Notes: generated by a model not told the origin, from the letters alone. 64,000 bases of DNA from an uncultured Candidatus Saccharibacteria bacterium (GCA_965230955.1 OZ246404.1:289184-353183), one strand, 5' to 3'; positions 41,314 through 50,960 are shown, counted from the first letter of the stretch. Numbers and translations are program-made.

Positions 41314-42870
41314 TTATTGGGGCAGGATTAATCCCCGTCCCAGGATGATCAAAGCTGTCACCGCAATAAAGCAGTAAATAGTGAGCAGATAATATTTATC
41401 CTGAGCTTTAATTTCGCCGATCAGCCAATAAATGAAAAAGGCAAACAGAGCCGTGAAAATAAACAATATCCAACTGAAATATTGGTAGAGAATAAATGGT
41501 ACGGTGAGAAAAGAAATAGCGACAAGTATTCCGACCAGGCGATGGGTAATGGCCGGTGAAAATCGCCGGCTTAACAGTGACGGTATCGTATTGACGCGGT
41601 TGGCTGTATCGCCGGCGATATCTTTCAGGTCTTTCACGATGGAAACAATTGTGACCAGTACCAGTGTCATAAAAACCAGGGCCGGGGGAAAGCTTTGGAA
41701 ACTCTGCTCGGGCGAAAATACGGCAAACCCGGCCAGCAAGCAGATCAGGGCGGCCAGGGCGATGACAAAATTAGAAATCCCGGCGAGTTGCCGCAGGCGC
41801 AGGGGCGGGCAGGAATAAAGAAAAGTTAAGATTATAAAGGCGAGTAGCAACATAAAAAAGGTGTGACTGACATAGCCGGCCGCTCCCAAGGAAATGATGA
41901 TCAATATGGCCGCGCCCCACCAGTAATCAGCGGGAATCAATTGCCCGGTGATTAATCCCCGGTGCGGATTCGATACTTGATCGATTTTTCGGTCCATCAC
42001 GTCATTAACCAGCGCTGCTTGCCCCCAGGCGCCCAAAATAGAGCAGACGGCTAGGATCATAGTGAAAATTATGTCCAACGACCAATCGATTAGCGCTCCA
42101 TAATAAGCCAGGCTGATGGCGATTCCCAGTCCGAGAAAAACTATGTAAATCAGGCCGCGATTTAAACGGGCGTTTTTAAATACTTGTTTAAAGGTGTCGG
42201 GTTGGTAAAGGCGCAGGAAAATTACTACGGCCAGAACTAGTAATAAATAGAAAAAACCGCCGACCGAGATTGAGGTCAGTGGAAAGTTGGCCAAAGAGAG
42301 TCCATTGGATAATTTTACCAGTAGTATTGGAGCGACTCCGGCGATCATGATAATCAGGTAAACGAGGATGGAAGCCAGGATCGCCTTGATGATATTTTTT
42401 GCCACCAGGATGACATAAGTGAAACAGCCGGTCATTATGACCAGTAGTTCGGTCATGATGCCGATCGTGACGCCGGTTTGATGATTGGGTCCGCACATGG
42501 TCAAAAGAGCGGAGCCCAATTCCGCCCAGGAATTGGGCTGGCAGTAGGCGATATCCAATCCCCGGCCTCCCGATACCGCCAGGTCGATCACCGGGGGCAG
42601 TAAAATAATCAGCGAGCCGAGGGTGATAAATTTAAAAACTGCGCCGATCGGGTGTTTTGTGATCAGGTGCAGAGCGATGATAATTACCAAGAAAACTAGC
42701 AGATACCAGGGCAAGAAATGCAGAAAAATCTCAGGCGCGATTTCTAAGGTCTTGGGTGTCCGGTAGAGATCTGTATCGGAAAAGCCTTCGAGGATGTTGC
42801 GTAAAATAATAATACCCGGCAAAAGCAGGGCGTAGGGCCAGATATTTTTTGGGGAGAAGTTTATTTTCAT
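41314..42870 (-). CDS. UbiA-family prenyltransferase with extra N-terminal membrane domain
   Basis: NDVMDRKIDQVSNPHR, YSCPPLR, KDLKDIAGD. Confidence 0.85.
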   Translation of the reverse strand: MKINFSPKNIWPYALLLPGIIILRNILEGFSDTDLYRTPKTLEIAPEIFLHFLPWYLLVFLVIIIALHLITKHPIGAVFKFITLGSLIILLPPVIDLAVSGGRGLDIAYCQPNSWAELGSALLTMCGPNHQTGVTIGIMTELLVIMTGCFTYVILVAKNIIKAILASILVYLIIMIAGVAPILLVKLSNGLSLANFPLTSISVGGFFYLLLVLAVVIFLRLYQPDTFKQVFKNARLNRGLIYIVFLGLGIAISLAYYGALIDWSLDIIFTMILAVCSILGAWGQAALVNDVMDRKIDQVSNPHRGLITGQLIPADYWWGAAILIIISLGAAGYVSHTFFMLLLAFIILTFLYSCPPLRLRQLAGISNFVIALAALICLLAGFAVFSPEQSFQSFPPALVFMTLVLVTIVSIVKDLKDIAGDTANRVNTIPSLLSRRFSPAITHRLVGILVAISFLTVPFILYQYFSWILFIFTALFAFFIYWLIGEIKAQDKYYLLTIYCFIAVTALIILGRGLILPQ

Positions 42871-42900
42871 GAGACTCCATCTTATAAAATCACTCTAACA

Positions 42901-42931
42901 AAAAAGAGCCCGGCTGACCAGGCTCTTTTTT
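42901..42931. terminator. Bidirectional intrinsic terminator
   Basis: AAAAAGAGCC...GGCTCTTTTTT. Confidence 0.65.
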
Positions 42932-42937
42932 CGTCGA

Positions 42938-43612
42938 TTAGAGGAGCATCATGAGGGCTCCGAAGAACATTCCGCAACCGAAAGGATGTGACGTGCACCA
43001 TCCATTGGCCCAGCGGTAGGCATCACTGAACCAGCCGGCGTCTTTGACGCTACAGGCATCGGCGGCTTGGAGCGGTTCGGCAACTTGTAGGCCGCTTTTC
43101 AAATTATCACTGAGAGCGATCTTGGAAGCACCGGTGGCGTTTTTGATATTGGTAGCGATAGTTTGTACGTTGCTTGTGTCGCTACTGGTATTCGGCATTG
43201 CACCAGCAATTTCCACTGTAGTCGGAGATTTGATTTGTCGGTCTTTGGTTTTGGCGGTGTCGCTCATGTCAACCAGGTTGGCTTCGGTAATGGTAAAGGT
43301 GTCACCGCATTTCTTCCCGGTAACTTTTCCATCCATCCAGTATTTTGTCCCGTTGGAAGTCCATTCAAATTTTTGGGTGTCGATATTATAGGTTTGGCAT
43401 TGGACACTCAGAGGGGCGCCTTGTGTGTTGGCTTTTAGTCCGGAAACTTGAGTGGAAGTGGGCGTCGGGGTTGGAGTGGTGGTGTTGGAGGTGACGCCGT
43501 TATAGCGCAGGACCATGGTAGATCCCAGAGTCGTAAACGACATTACCAGCCAAATTGCTAATGCTCCGATGATCAGGCCGAGCACCAGCGAGATGACATT
43601 TTTTTTGTCCAT
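42938..43612 (-). CDS. Membrane-anchored hypothetical protein with Trp/Cys-rich hydrophobic C-terminus
   Basis: N-terminal TM, TP linker, ends GWFSDAYRWANGWCTSHPFGCGMFFGALMMLL. Confidence 0.7.
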   Translation of the reverse strand: MDKKNVISLVLGLIIGALAIWLVMSFTTLGSTMVLRYNGVTSNTTTPTPTPTSTQVSGLKANTQGAPLSVQCQTYNIDTQKFEWTSNGTKYWMDGKVTGKKCGDTFTITEANLVDMSDTAKTKDRQIKSPTTVEIAGAMPNTSSDTSNVQTIATNIKNATGASKIALSDNLKSGLQVAEPLQAADACSVKDAGWFSDAYRWANGWCTSHPFGCGMFFGALMMLL

Positions 43613-43797
43613 AAAATTAAATTAATTTTTGTTGGTTAAATAACGAAGAAGTTCGACCAACTTCTCAAATATTTGATTATATTATTGTACCTAAATATGT
43701 CGTAAAAATCAACTTTTTATCCACACCTGAACGCGGCTCTTTTTTTACAAAAAGGCGCGATTGTTGTATAATTTCATCATTGGTGAAATAAAAATAA

Positions 43798-44349
43798 ATG
43801 TCGTTTGATTTTTCCCAGCTGGCGGACGCAAGCACGCTCAACTGGGATGGTTTAACACAATTTTTGCAGCAAAATAACACCAGCTGGAATACAGCTATTT
43901 TGGTTTTATTTGCCGGTTTGATTATTTTCTATTTTGGCGCCGGTCTGGGTAAAACAGCCAAAGGAATTATGTCGGTCTATGTGGCTTTGGCGATTGTGAA
44001 TACCGTCAGTTTCTTCCGGCCGGATGGTCCGGAAGTAAATATTCCCGGCCTATTGGTGCTTAAACTCGGTTCATTTGTCGGGCTAAGCTTGATCATTCTG
44101 ATGCTGATTTCGCGATATTCTTTTCATCCGGTGATGCGGATTGATTTGTCGGGAAATGTGATCGAGCGGGTGATTTTCGGAGTTTTGGGTTCCGGTATGT
44201 TGATCGCGATCTTGATGTCATTTCTCCCATCGGAAATTATGGGCACGATCACTCCCGTTTTACGGTCAGTTTTCAATTCCGATATCGGTTTCGCCGCCTG
44301 GCTGATCGGGCCGCTAGTTTGCTTGTTATTTGTAAAATCTGACAAATAG
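43798..44349 (+). CDS. Multi-pass membrane protein
   Basis: About five hydrophobic segments. Confidence 0.7.
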   Translation: MSFDFSQLADASTLNWDGLTQFLQQNNTSWNTAILVLFAGLIIFYFGAGLGKTAKGIMSVYVALAIVNTVSFFRPDGPEVNIPGLLVLKLGSFVGLSLIILMLISRYSFHPVMRIDLSGNVIERVIFGVLGSGMLIAILMSFLPSEIMGTITPVLRSVFNSDIGFAAWLIGPLVCLLFVKSDK

Positions 44350-44440
44350 ACTTGATTTTTCTGGATAAATAAGTATAGTTAGTGAGGTTGATTTGTGTTT
44401 TGACTTTTGACTTAGTTTTAGGCCCTTAGATCATCCTATT

Positions 44441-44533
44441 GCGCGCTCACTTCGTTCGCGCTTCGTAGAACAGGAACCGATAGATTAATGCGGGCCTGTC
44501 CTACGAAGCTCTCGCGAAGCGAGAGCGTAGTAG
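44441..44533. mobile_element. tRNA 5'-associated structured element, copy 1 (MITE/REP-like)
   Basis: Both arms shared with 45528-45623; preceded by a near-copy of the tRNA-Ala 5' end (44420-44435). Confidence 0.6.
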
Positions 44534-44609
44534 GGGCCCTTAGCTCATCTGGTAGAGCGTTCCCATGGCATGGGAGAGGTGACCGGTTCGAGTCCGGTAG
44601 GGTCCACCA
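44534..44609 (+). tRNA. tRNA-Ala(GGC)
   Basis: G3:U70, loop ATGGCAT, CCA. Confidence 0.95.
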
Positions 44610-44686
44610 TGTATCATTCTTGCGCATAGCAGAAATGCAATGCCGATTGTAAGAACCTTTGAGCTATTTGATAATTTCAAGAAATT

Positions 44687-45229
44687 ATGGCAATACGAAT
44701 AACTTATTTTGTTCACGGAACAACGACTGATAATGAAAAAAATGTTTCATCCGGTTGGTTTGATGTGGAACTTTCAAAGCTCGGTGTCAAGCAGTCAATT
44801 GAGCTGAAAGATAAGATCAAGGATAAAAAATTTGATATTGTCTTTTGTTCTGACTTGAAGAGGGCGGTCGACTCGGCAAAGCTTACCTTTGAGGGACAAG
44901 TCCCAATTTTGCAAGAGAAGAGATTGCGGGAATGCAATTATGGCAAGTATAATGCTCAGCCATCTGAGATCGTTGAACCAATGCAGGAAAAAAGCATTTT
45001 CGAAAGATTTCCCGAAGGTGAAAGCTATGAAGATGTGAAATTGAGAATTGCTGATTTTCTAGAGTTTCTGAAAAAAAACTATGACGGGAAATCGGTTGCG
45101 ATCGTAGCCCACAAGGCACCACAACTCGCATTAGATGTTTTGCTGAAAAAGAAGACTTGGGAACAAGCTTTCGCAGAAGATTGGCGTAAACGAAAAGCTT
45201 GGCAGCCTGGCTGGGAGTATAATATCTAG
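44687..45229 (+). CDS. Histidine phosphatase superfamily protein
   Basis: VHGTT (RHG variant), SDLKRA, LRECNYG, GES, VAH. Confidence 0.85.
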   Translation: MAIRITYFVHGTTTDNEKNVSSGWFDVELSKLGVKQSIELKDKIKDKKFDIVFCSDLKRAVDSAKLTFEGQVPILQEKRLRECNYGKYNAQPSEIVEPMQEKSIFERFPEGESYEDVKLRIADFLEFLKKNYDGKSVAIVAHKAPQLALDVLLKKKTWEQAFAEDWRKRKAWQPGWEYNI

Positions 45230-45327
45230 AGCGTGATGTTTTCTATCGGGAAATATATAGTTATGTTAATTGAATAGTAGGAATTTGTGTTTCCTTGCCG
45301 GTGTCCATGAAAAAAGTTCGAACATCC

Positions 45328-45344
45328 TCCGCTAGGGACCACCA
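45328..45344 (+). repeat. Degenerate copy of the tRNA-Ala(GGC) 3' end (att-like)
   Basis: TCCGCTAGGGACCACCA vs TCCGGTAGGGTCCACCA (44593-44609), 15/17. Confidence 0.65.
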
Positions 45345-45391
45345 GCCCCACACTCAAGTTTTTTTCAAAAAAAACTTGAGTGTGGGGCTGG
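45342..45391. repeat. CCCCACACTCA palindromic element, copy 2
   Basis: CCAGCCCCACACTCAAGTTTTTTT...AAAAAAACTTGAGTGTGGGGCTGG. Confidence 0.85.
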
Positions 45392-45527
45392 AAAACCAAA
45401 GTTCAAAGCTTAAAATTCAAAGGAAATTTAAAATACAAACTTCAAGTGGTTTTGAATTTTGAGTTTTGCACTTTAGATTTTCAGTCCGTCTTGGGCGGAC
45501 TGTCCATGGGCACATAGCTTCCTCTCT

Positions 45528-45623
45528 CGCGCTTACTTCGTTCGCGCTTCGTAGAACAGGCTGCTGGCAATCAACCAGCAACGGGCCTGCCCTACGAAGC
45601 TCTCGCGAAGCGAGAGCGTAGTA
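45528..45623. mobile_element. tRNA 5'-associated structured element, copy 2
   Basis: Preceded by an exact 12-nt copy of the tRNA-Lys 5' end GGGCACATAGCT (45508-45519). Confidence 0.6.
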
Positions 45624-45699
45624 GGGCACATAGCTCAGTCGGTAGAGCAGCTCCCTTTTAAGGAGAAGGTCGCAGGTTCGATTCCTGCTGTGCCCACCA
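45624..45699 (+). tRNA. tRNA-Lys(TTT)
   Basis: Loop CTTTTAA, GTTCGATTC, CCA. Confidence 0.95.
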
Positions 45700-45864
45700 C
45701 GCCACATCCCGGCCAGAGCCGGGAGTGGAAATCTAAAGCTTAAAGTTTAAAATTCAAAGGAAATTCAAAAACCAAAGTCTAAAACCGATTTCATATTTAA
45801 ATTTTGATCTTCCTTTGAATTTTTTTCTTTAAACCTTGGACTTTCACCGACGGGCGGTTACCCC

Positions 45865-45940
45865 GGGCCCATAGCTCAGTTGGTAGAGCGCGCCCTTCGC
45901 ATGGGCGAGGTCAGCGGTTCAAATCCGCTTGGGTCCACCA
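45865..45940 (+). tRNA. tRNA-Ala(CGC)
   Basis: G3:U70, loop TTCGCAT, CCA. Confidence 0.95.
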
Positions 45941-45988
45941 AACCGCGCGCCTGGAGTTTAGGCGAGGTCAGCGGTTACCAGAGATCCA

Positions 45989-46411
45989 ATGAACTTTCCG
46001 GAACCAAAAAATGATCGTATGGGAAAAAAGGTTAACAGGTATATTTTTTGGGCACCGAGAATATTTACTATAGTATTTATCGCGTTTTTGGCGATGTTTT
46101 CATTGGATGTTTTTGGAAATAATTATAGCTTGGGTGAACTGACATTAGGACTGTTCATGCATAATATACCGGGATTGATCTTGATAGTAATTTTGTTGAT
46201 TTCTTGGAAATATGAAATAGTCGGTGCCATCACTTTTATTCTGCTTGGCATCGTGTACATTGCCATGATTACTGTTGGTCGTACTGACATTGACCAGTCG
46301 TCGGTATTTCAAATATTGATTAATTCCTTAGTTATTTCCGGGCTGGCATTTCTTATTGGAATTCTGTTTTTCTTGGGCTGGAAGCAAAAGAAGAACTTGA
46401 CTGTAAGGTGA
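45989..46411 (+). CDS. Four-TM hypothetical membrane protein
   Basis: 'WAPRI...FSLDVF...FMHNIP'; ATG 46019 is an alternative start. Confidence 0.7.
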   Translation: MNFPEPKNDRMGKKVNRYIFWAPRIFTIVFIAFLAMFSLDVFGNNYSLGELTLGLFMHNIPGLILIVILLISWKYEIVGAITFILLGIVYIAMITVGRTDIDQSSVFQILINSLVISGLAFLIGILFFLGWKQKKNLTVR

Positions 46412-46444
46412 TTTCAAATTTTAAAAACCAATCGAATTCGTTGT

Positions 46445-46861
46445 ATGGGTGATATCAAAAAAATCGGATTATTGGTACTAAATGCTTCGGGTGATAAATT
46501 TTTGGTTTGCGAAAAAGACAAAAAAGACGTCACCTCTGATTACTTGATGCCGGGCGGACAATTGGAAGAACAGGGCGATCTCGCTTGCTTGCGTCGTGAG
46601 ATCAGGGAAGAATTAAACTGTGCTATCAATTTTGATACCGTGCAATATCTGGGTTTGTATGAAGATATTGCCGCCGGATTTACTGATCGGCTGGTGAAAA
46701 TAAAACTATACAGCGGAGAACTGATTGGCCAGCCGGTGGCTTCTTCGGAAATCAAATACTTGCATTGGATTGGCCGATCAGATGCTGAAAACCAGCGGGT
46801 GTCGCCGATTATCAGGAAAAAGATTATTCCGGATCTGATAAAGAGAGATATCCTAAAATAG
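46445..46861 (+). CDS. NUDIX hydrolase
   Basis: PGGQLE...CLRREIREEL. Confidence 0.85.
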   Translation: MGDIKKIGLLVLNASGDKFLVCEKDKKDVTSDYLMPGGQLEEQGDLACLRREIREELNCAINFDTVQYLGLYEDIAAGFTDRLVKIKLYSGELIGQPVASSEIKYLHWIGRSDAENQRVSPIIRKKIIPDLIKRDILK

Positions 46862-46917
46862 CCGGATATCTTGTTTTTTCTGGGACTACAGAGGATAAAA
46901 TTCACATCTAAATTTTA

Positions 46918-46994
46918 GGGCGCATAGCTCAGTTGGTTAGAGCGCACGCTTCACACGCGTGAGGTCTCAGGTTCGAATCCTGATGCGCCCACCA
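46918..46994 (+). tRNA. tRNA-Val(CAC)
   Basis: Loop TTCACAC, GTTCGAATC, CCA. Confidence 0.95.
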
Positions 46995-47080
46995 GTAAGT
47001 TTGTTATAGCCTCAACGGCTTTTTATTTTTCTTTAGAATAGTGGTAAACTTTAAGGGGTGAGATATTTCATGCTTTTTAT

Positions 47081-47884
47081 ATGAAAACTGATTATAAAAA
47101 ATTTGCTGAAAATTTAGCACGCCAGTCAGGAAAGATTATCAGGAAAAATTTTAGTTTGGGAATGGAAAAAAAATGGAAAAAAGATATCACGCCGGTAACG
47201 GTCACAGATTTAGCTGTCAATAAATTGGTTTTGGATGCGGTAGTCAAAAATTTTCCGGATCATAGCGTGATTGCTGAAGAGGGAAGCTATTTGGTCCCAG
47301 GGAGTAATTATGCCTGGGTTTGTGACCCGGTCGATGGCACTATCCCTTTTTCGCATGGAGTGCCAACTGGCATTTTCTTGCTTGCTTTGGTCAAGTCGGG
47401 AGAACCTATTCTCGGTATTGCTTATGATCCTTTTCTCGATCGGGTATTTTTGGCGGAGAAAGGGCGAGGCGCCACGCTAAATGGTCAACCGATTAGGGTA
47501 AATAAGGAAAAACAACTTCAGGGACAATCGGTCGTGGGTCTAGTGCACTGGGGATTAAAGAATGATCCAATGGAAAAGGCTTTTATCGAGATGAATGATC
47601 GCTGGGGTTTTATTCAAATGTGCCTGTGCTCTATTGGTTACATGACTGTGTTGGTTGCTGGCGGAGAATTTACGGCGGCTATTTTCCAGGGCCGGCATCC
47701 ATGGGATGCGGCTGCCATGAAATTGCTAGTCGAGGAAGCTGGGGGTAAAGTCACTAATATTTTTGGAGAAGAGCAGCGCTATGATCGAGATACGCTGGGA
47801 TTTATTGCCAGCAACGGTCTCGTCCATGGTGAATTGGTGCGATTAATTAAGAAATATGTTAAGCCGGCCGATCTCCCGAAATAA
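47081..47884 (+). CDS. Inositol monophosphatase family protein
   Basis: AEE, WVCDPVDGT, PWDAAA. Confidence 0.9.
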   Translation: MKTDYKKFAENLARQSGKIIRKNFSLGMEKKWKKDITPVTVTDLAVNKLVLDAVVKNFPDHSVIAEEGSYLVPGSNYAWVCDPVDGTIPFSHGVPTGIFLLALVKSGEPILGIAYDPFLDRVFLAEKGRGATLNGQPIRVNKEKQLQGQSVVGLVHWGLKNDPMEKAFIEMNDRWGFIQMCLCSIGYMTVLVAGGEFTAAIFQGRHPWDAAAMKLLVEEAGGKVTNIFGEEQRYDRDTLGFIASNGLVHGELVRLIKKYVKPADLPK

Positions 47885-48434
47885 ATTTGCCTCCCGCGCG
47901 GGAGAAAAACTCGATTTTGCCATGGCGCATTTCAAAATTGACGTCCGGGGTTTAGTTTGCGCCGATCTGGGATCGGATCGTGGCGGTTTCACGGACTGCT
48001 TGTTGCAACGCGGAGCAAAAAAAGTTTACGCGGTGGAGCGCGGTTATGGCCTGCTGGAGTGGAAACTGCGCCAAGATTCGCGCGTAGCGGCGCTGGAGAG
48101 GACGAATGCTTTACATGTGAAATTGCCGGAGCCGGTTGATTTTATCTCAATTGATGTCGGCTGGACGCAACAAAAGATGATTATTCCGAAAGCGCTGGAA
48201 TTGCTAAAACCGCAGGGCCGGATAGTGTCACTGCTAAAACCTCAATATGAGGTCGAAAAGAAGTTTCTGCGCGAGGGGAAAGTTTTGGCGGAAAAACTAC
48301 CGGAAGTAATCAGCGGGGTCAAGCAAGCTTTGACGGCCTTGCCAAATTGCCGAATTATCGGTTGCGTCGAATCGCCTTTGGTCGGGAAAAGCGGGGGAAA
48401 TGTCGAGTACTTATTTTTTTTGGCGAAAAAATAA
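47856..48434 (+). CDS. TlyA-like rRNA methyltransferase lacking the S4 domain
   Basis: SRAGEKL, GGFTDCLLQRGA, LKPQYE, GNVEY. Confidence 0.85.
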   Translation: MLSRPISRNKFASRAGEKLDFAMAHFKIDVRGLVCADLGSDRGGFTDCLLQRGAKKVYAVERGYGLLEWKLRQDSRVAALERTNALHVKLPEPVDFISIDVGWTQQKMIIPKALELLKPQGRIVSLLKPQYEVEKKFLREGKVLAEKLPEVISGVKQALTALPNCRIIGCVESPLVGKSGGNVEYLFFLAKK

Positions 48435-48569
48435 TTTTTGAGACTGAGTAAACGGTCTTTTTTTATTGTCATTTTATTTGACAGTGACTGCATTGACAGG
48501 GGGAGTGGCTGGTGCTAAAAGGAGAGGAATAGTTCCATGACAACAACCATTCCTTAGAAGGAGGAAAAT

Positions 48570-50281
48570 ATGAAATGGTTAATTCTGTGTTGGTTCTGTT
48601 TTTCCATTGCGTTGGCGTCGATCGATCTTCGGGCGGCGACACTGGATACTCCCACTCCAACGAATCCTTGGATTGCTTTCACTGAAGTTTCGGAATATGG
48701 CGATCCGAACGGATACGCCAGTGGCGAAGTGGGCAATGTCGCTTATCAGGATTATCAGGTCGAAGTGTACATCAAAGTGGGAGATTCGTGGTGGACCAAG
48801 CCTTACTCCGAATATCCGTTTACGGACGTCAATGATTCTACCGGGGCTTGGGATTGTGACATTGTCACTTATTACACCGACAAATTTGCGACTGAGATTG
48901 CTGCCTTCTTGCTTCCGATTGGCGCGTCAGCCAACCTGTGCCTGCCTTGCTACACCTTGCCTTCAATCCCCGGAGCTCCTTATGTCTGGTTTGATCGTAG
49001 TGCTCCGCCGAGATATGTCTCTTTTGCCGGCTATACCTGGCAAGTTAAGCGCGCCGATGTCCCGATGGGTCCCGGTCCCAACCGTTTCTCTGTTCGGCCG
49101 GAGGATGTCTGGGTTGATCCCGAAGGAAATCTGCATCTGACAATCAATCAGGTTGGTGGTTACTGGTGGTGCACGGAAGTGATCAATACTTCCTCGCTGG
49201 GATATGGGACTTACATCATCCAGACTCGAAGCCGGGTTGATATCATCGATCCCAATATGGTGGTTGGTCTGTTCACTTGGGATACCGGTTCTCCCGAAAC
49301 AAGCTATCGCGAAATGGATATTGAGTTTGCCAGATGGGGCAATCCTTCTAATTTCACCAACTCGCAGTACGCGGTTCAGCCTTGTTCGAGTGCCCAGGAT
49401 GCGAGGACCGCTGTCATCGTTTCCAAGTCGATTTGACCGAGGCGGAGAAGGATCTGACAAATTATCTGATCTGGCAACCGGGCAGTGTCACCTTCAAATC
49501 TTATCTGGGCGCGCATTTGGGACATGAGCCGCCGTCGGAAGATCTGATTGCCGAATGGACTTATACCGGTCCGTATACCAAGGTCCCGGGCGATGAAAAT
49601 TTCCGGATCAATTTCTGGCTTCTCAACGGACTGGCTCCGATTAGCGGTTTGGGCGACGAACTGATTGTTACCGGTTTTGCTTGCCAGGATTGTGCGCCGA
49701 CGCCGACTCCCTCTCCCACCAATACCGGTAGCGGTTCGCCGACGCCGACTATGACGCCCACGAAAACACCAACGATTGTGCCCAGTGCTTCGCCGACAGC
49801 CGTGCCGACAGCGACGCCGACCGAAACAGTCGGTCCGGGGACTCCGACTTATACTCCAGTTCCACCGACGTTTACGCCTTCGCCATGTCCAACCGACACG
49901 CCATTTGAGACCCCGACCGCTATTCCTACCGGCCGAGGGGTTGAGCTGTATCTGCCGTCCGATTTTTTCCATCCTGGTGATTCGTTCGAAGTCAAAGCTT
50001 TTGTCTACTGCTGGGAAGAATGCAATCTGGATGTATACTTCTTTGCTTTTCTCGATATTCACGGCAGTTACTGGTTCGCGCCATCTTTCTCCACCGGCTT
50101 TGACTACTTGGAGATTTTTCTCTCCCCAGGCATGGTAAGCTTCGAAATTGTGCCTCCGATTATTTGGCCGTCTGGTGTCGGAACGCAAACCGGCCTCAAG
50201 TTCTGGGGAGCGCTGACCGATACTGAGATCACTGAAATTCTCGGCGAGTATGCGGTCTGGGAATTCGGGTACTCTGAGTAA
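48570..50281 (+). pseudogene. Frameshifted secreted GH16-like/ConA-fold protein with TP linker and C-terminal domain
   Basis: EMDIEFARWG motif; overlapping ORFs 48570-49436 and 49382-50281 join near 49385-49390. Confidence 0.65.
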
Positions 50282-50427
50282 GGGAACTATGTCAATTTGC
50301 AGGGTGAATCTCGCGATTCGCCCTGTTTTCTTTTTTATTGCCAAACTGTCGGTTTATCGGTATAATTTTATACGCCGTCGACCGGGAAAAAGGCGGCGGT
50401 TTGAGCCTTTAAAGTATTTCCGAAAAC

Positions 50428-50574
50428 ATGGAAATCAATAATTTCTTCTTCGTCGTAGTGCTGGTTGTGGCTTTGTTTGTATTGGGCTTGGTTTTCTTGG
50501 GGACGGATGAGGGAAGCTTCCAAGAAGTTTCCGCCTCGCTCGAGGCCGAAGTCCACAGTATCGGTATAAATTAA
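50428..50574 (+). CDS. 48-aa small membrane protein
   Basis: MEINNFFFVVVLVVALFVLGLVFLG...; stop 4 nt before next ATG. Confidence 0.45.
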   Translation: MEINNFFFVVVLVVALFVLGLVFLGTDEGSFQEVSASLEAEVHSIGIN

Positions 50575-50578
50575 TTTC

Positions 50579-50959
50579 ATGAAATTTACCTTGCAAAATT
50601 CGCGCGGATGGCTTGAGCGTGATTTTATGCGCAAGATAAATTATATCGAGCACCGCGATCGCTACTCGCCCGGGACCAGTTATATTCGTCGTGCCAAACC
50701 GGGTGGTTCATTTTATCCCCGCTATCATGCCCATGTTCGCCTGCAGGGGACGCAAGTCGAAATCGATTTGCATTACGATTGGCGCCGTCCGATGCACGTA
50801 AAAGAAGCGCGGTCGTCCGATTCCGCCGGTGATGTGGTGGAGCGCGAAGTTGAACGCATCAAGGCCGTGGCGGCGCGTTTAGCGGCGGAAGAACCGGCCG
50901 TAACCTCCGAAGATGATCAGCCCAAAAAAGGATTTTGGGGCAGGCTGTTTAAGAAATAA
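50579..50959 (+). CDS. Hypothetical protein
   Basis: 'FYPRYH...IDLHYD...VVEREVERIK', ends KKGFWGRLFKK. Confidence 0.7.
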   Translation: MKFTLQNSRGWLERDFMRKINYIEHRDRYSPGTSYIRRAKPGGSFYPRYHAHVRLQGTQVEIDLHYDWRRPMHVKEARSSDSAGDVVEREVERIKAVAARLAAEEPAVTSEDDQPKKGFWGRLFKK

Positions 50960-50960
50960 A

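Noticed and set aside
44441-45623. CRISPR-like repeat with a variable middle
   Set aside because: Only two copies about 1 kb apart, no regular repeat-spacer array, no cas genes.
49696-49930. ACGCCG/CCGACT DNA repeats (also near 105, 43460, 58015, 58790)
   Set aside because: They encode Thr-Pro linkers of exported proteins.
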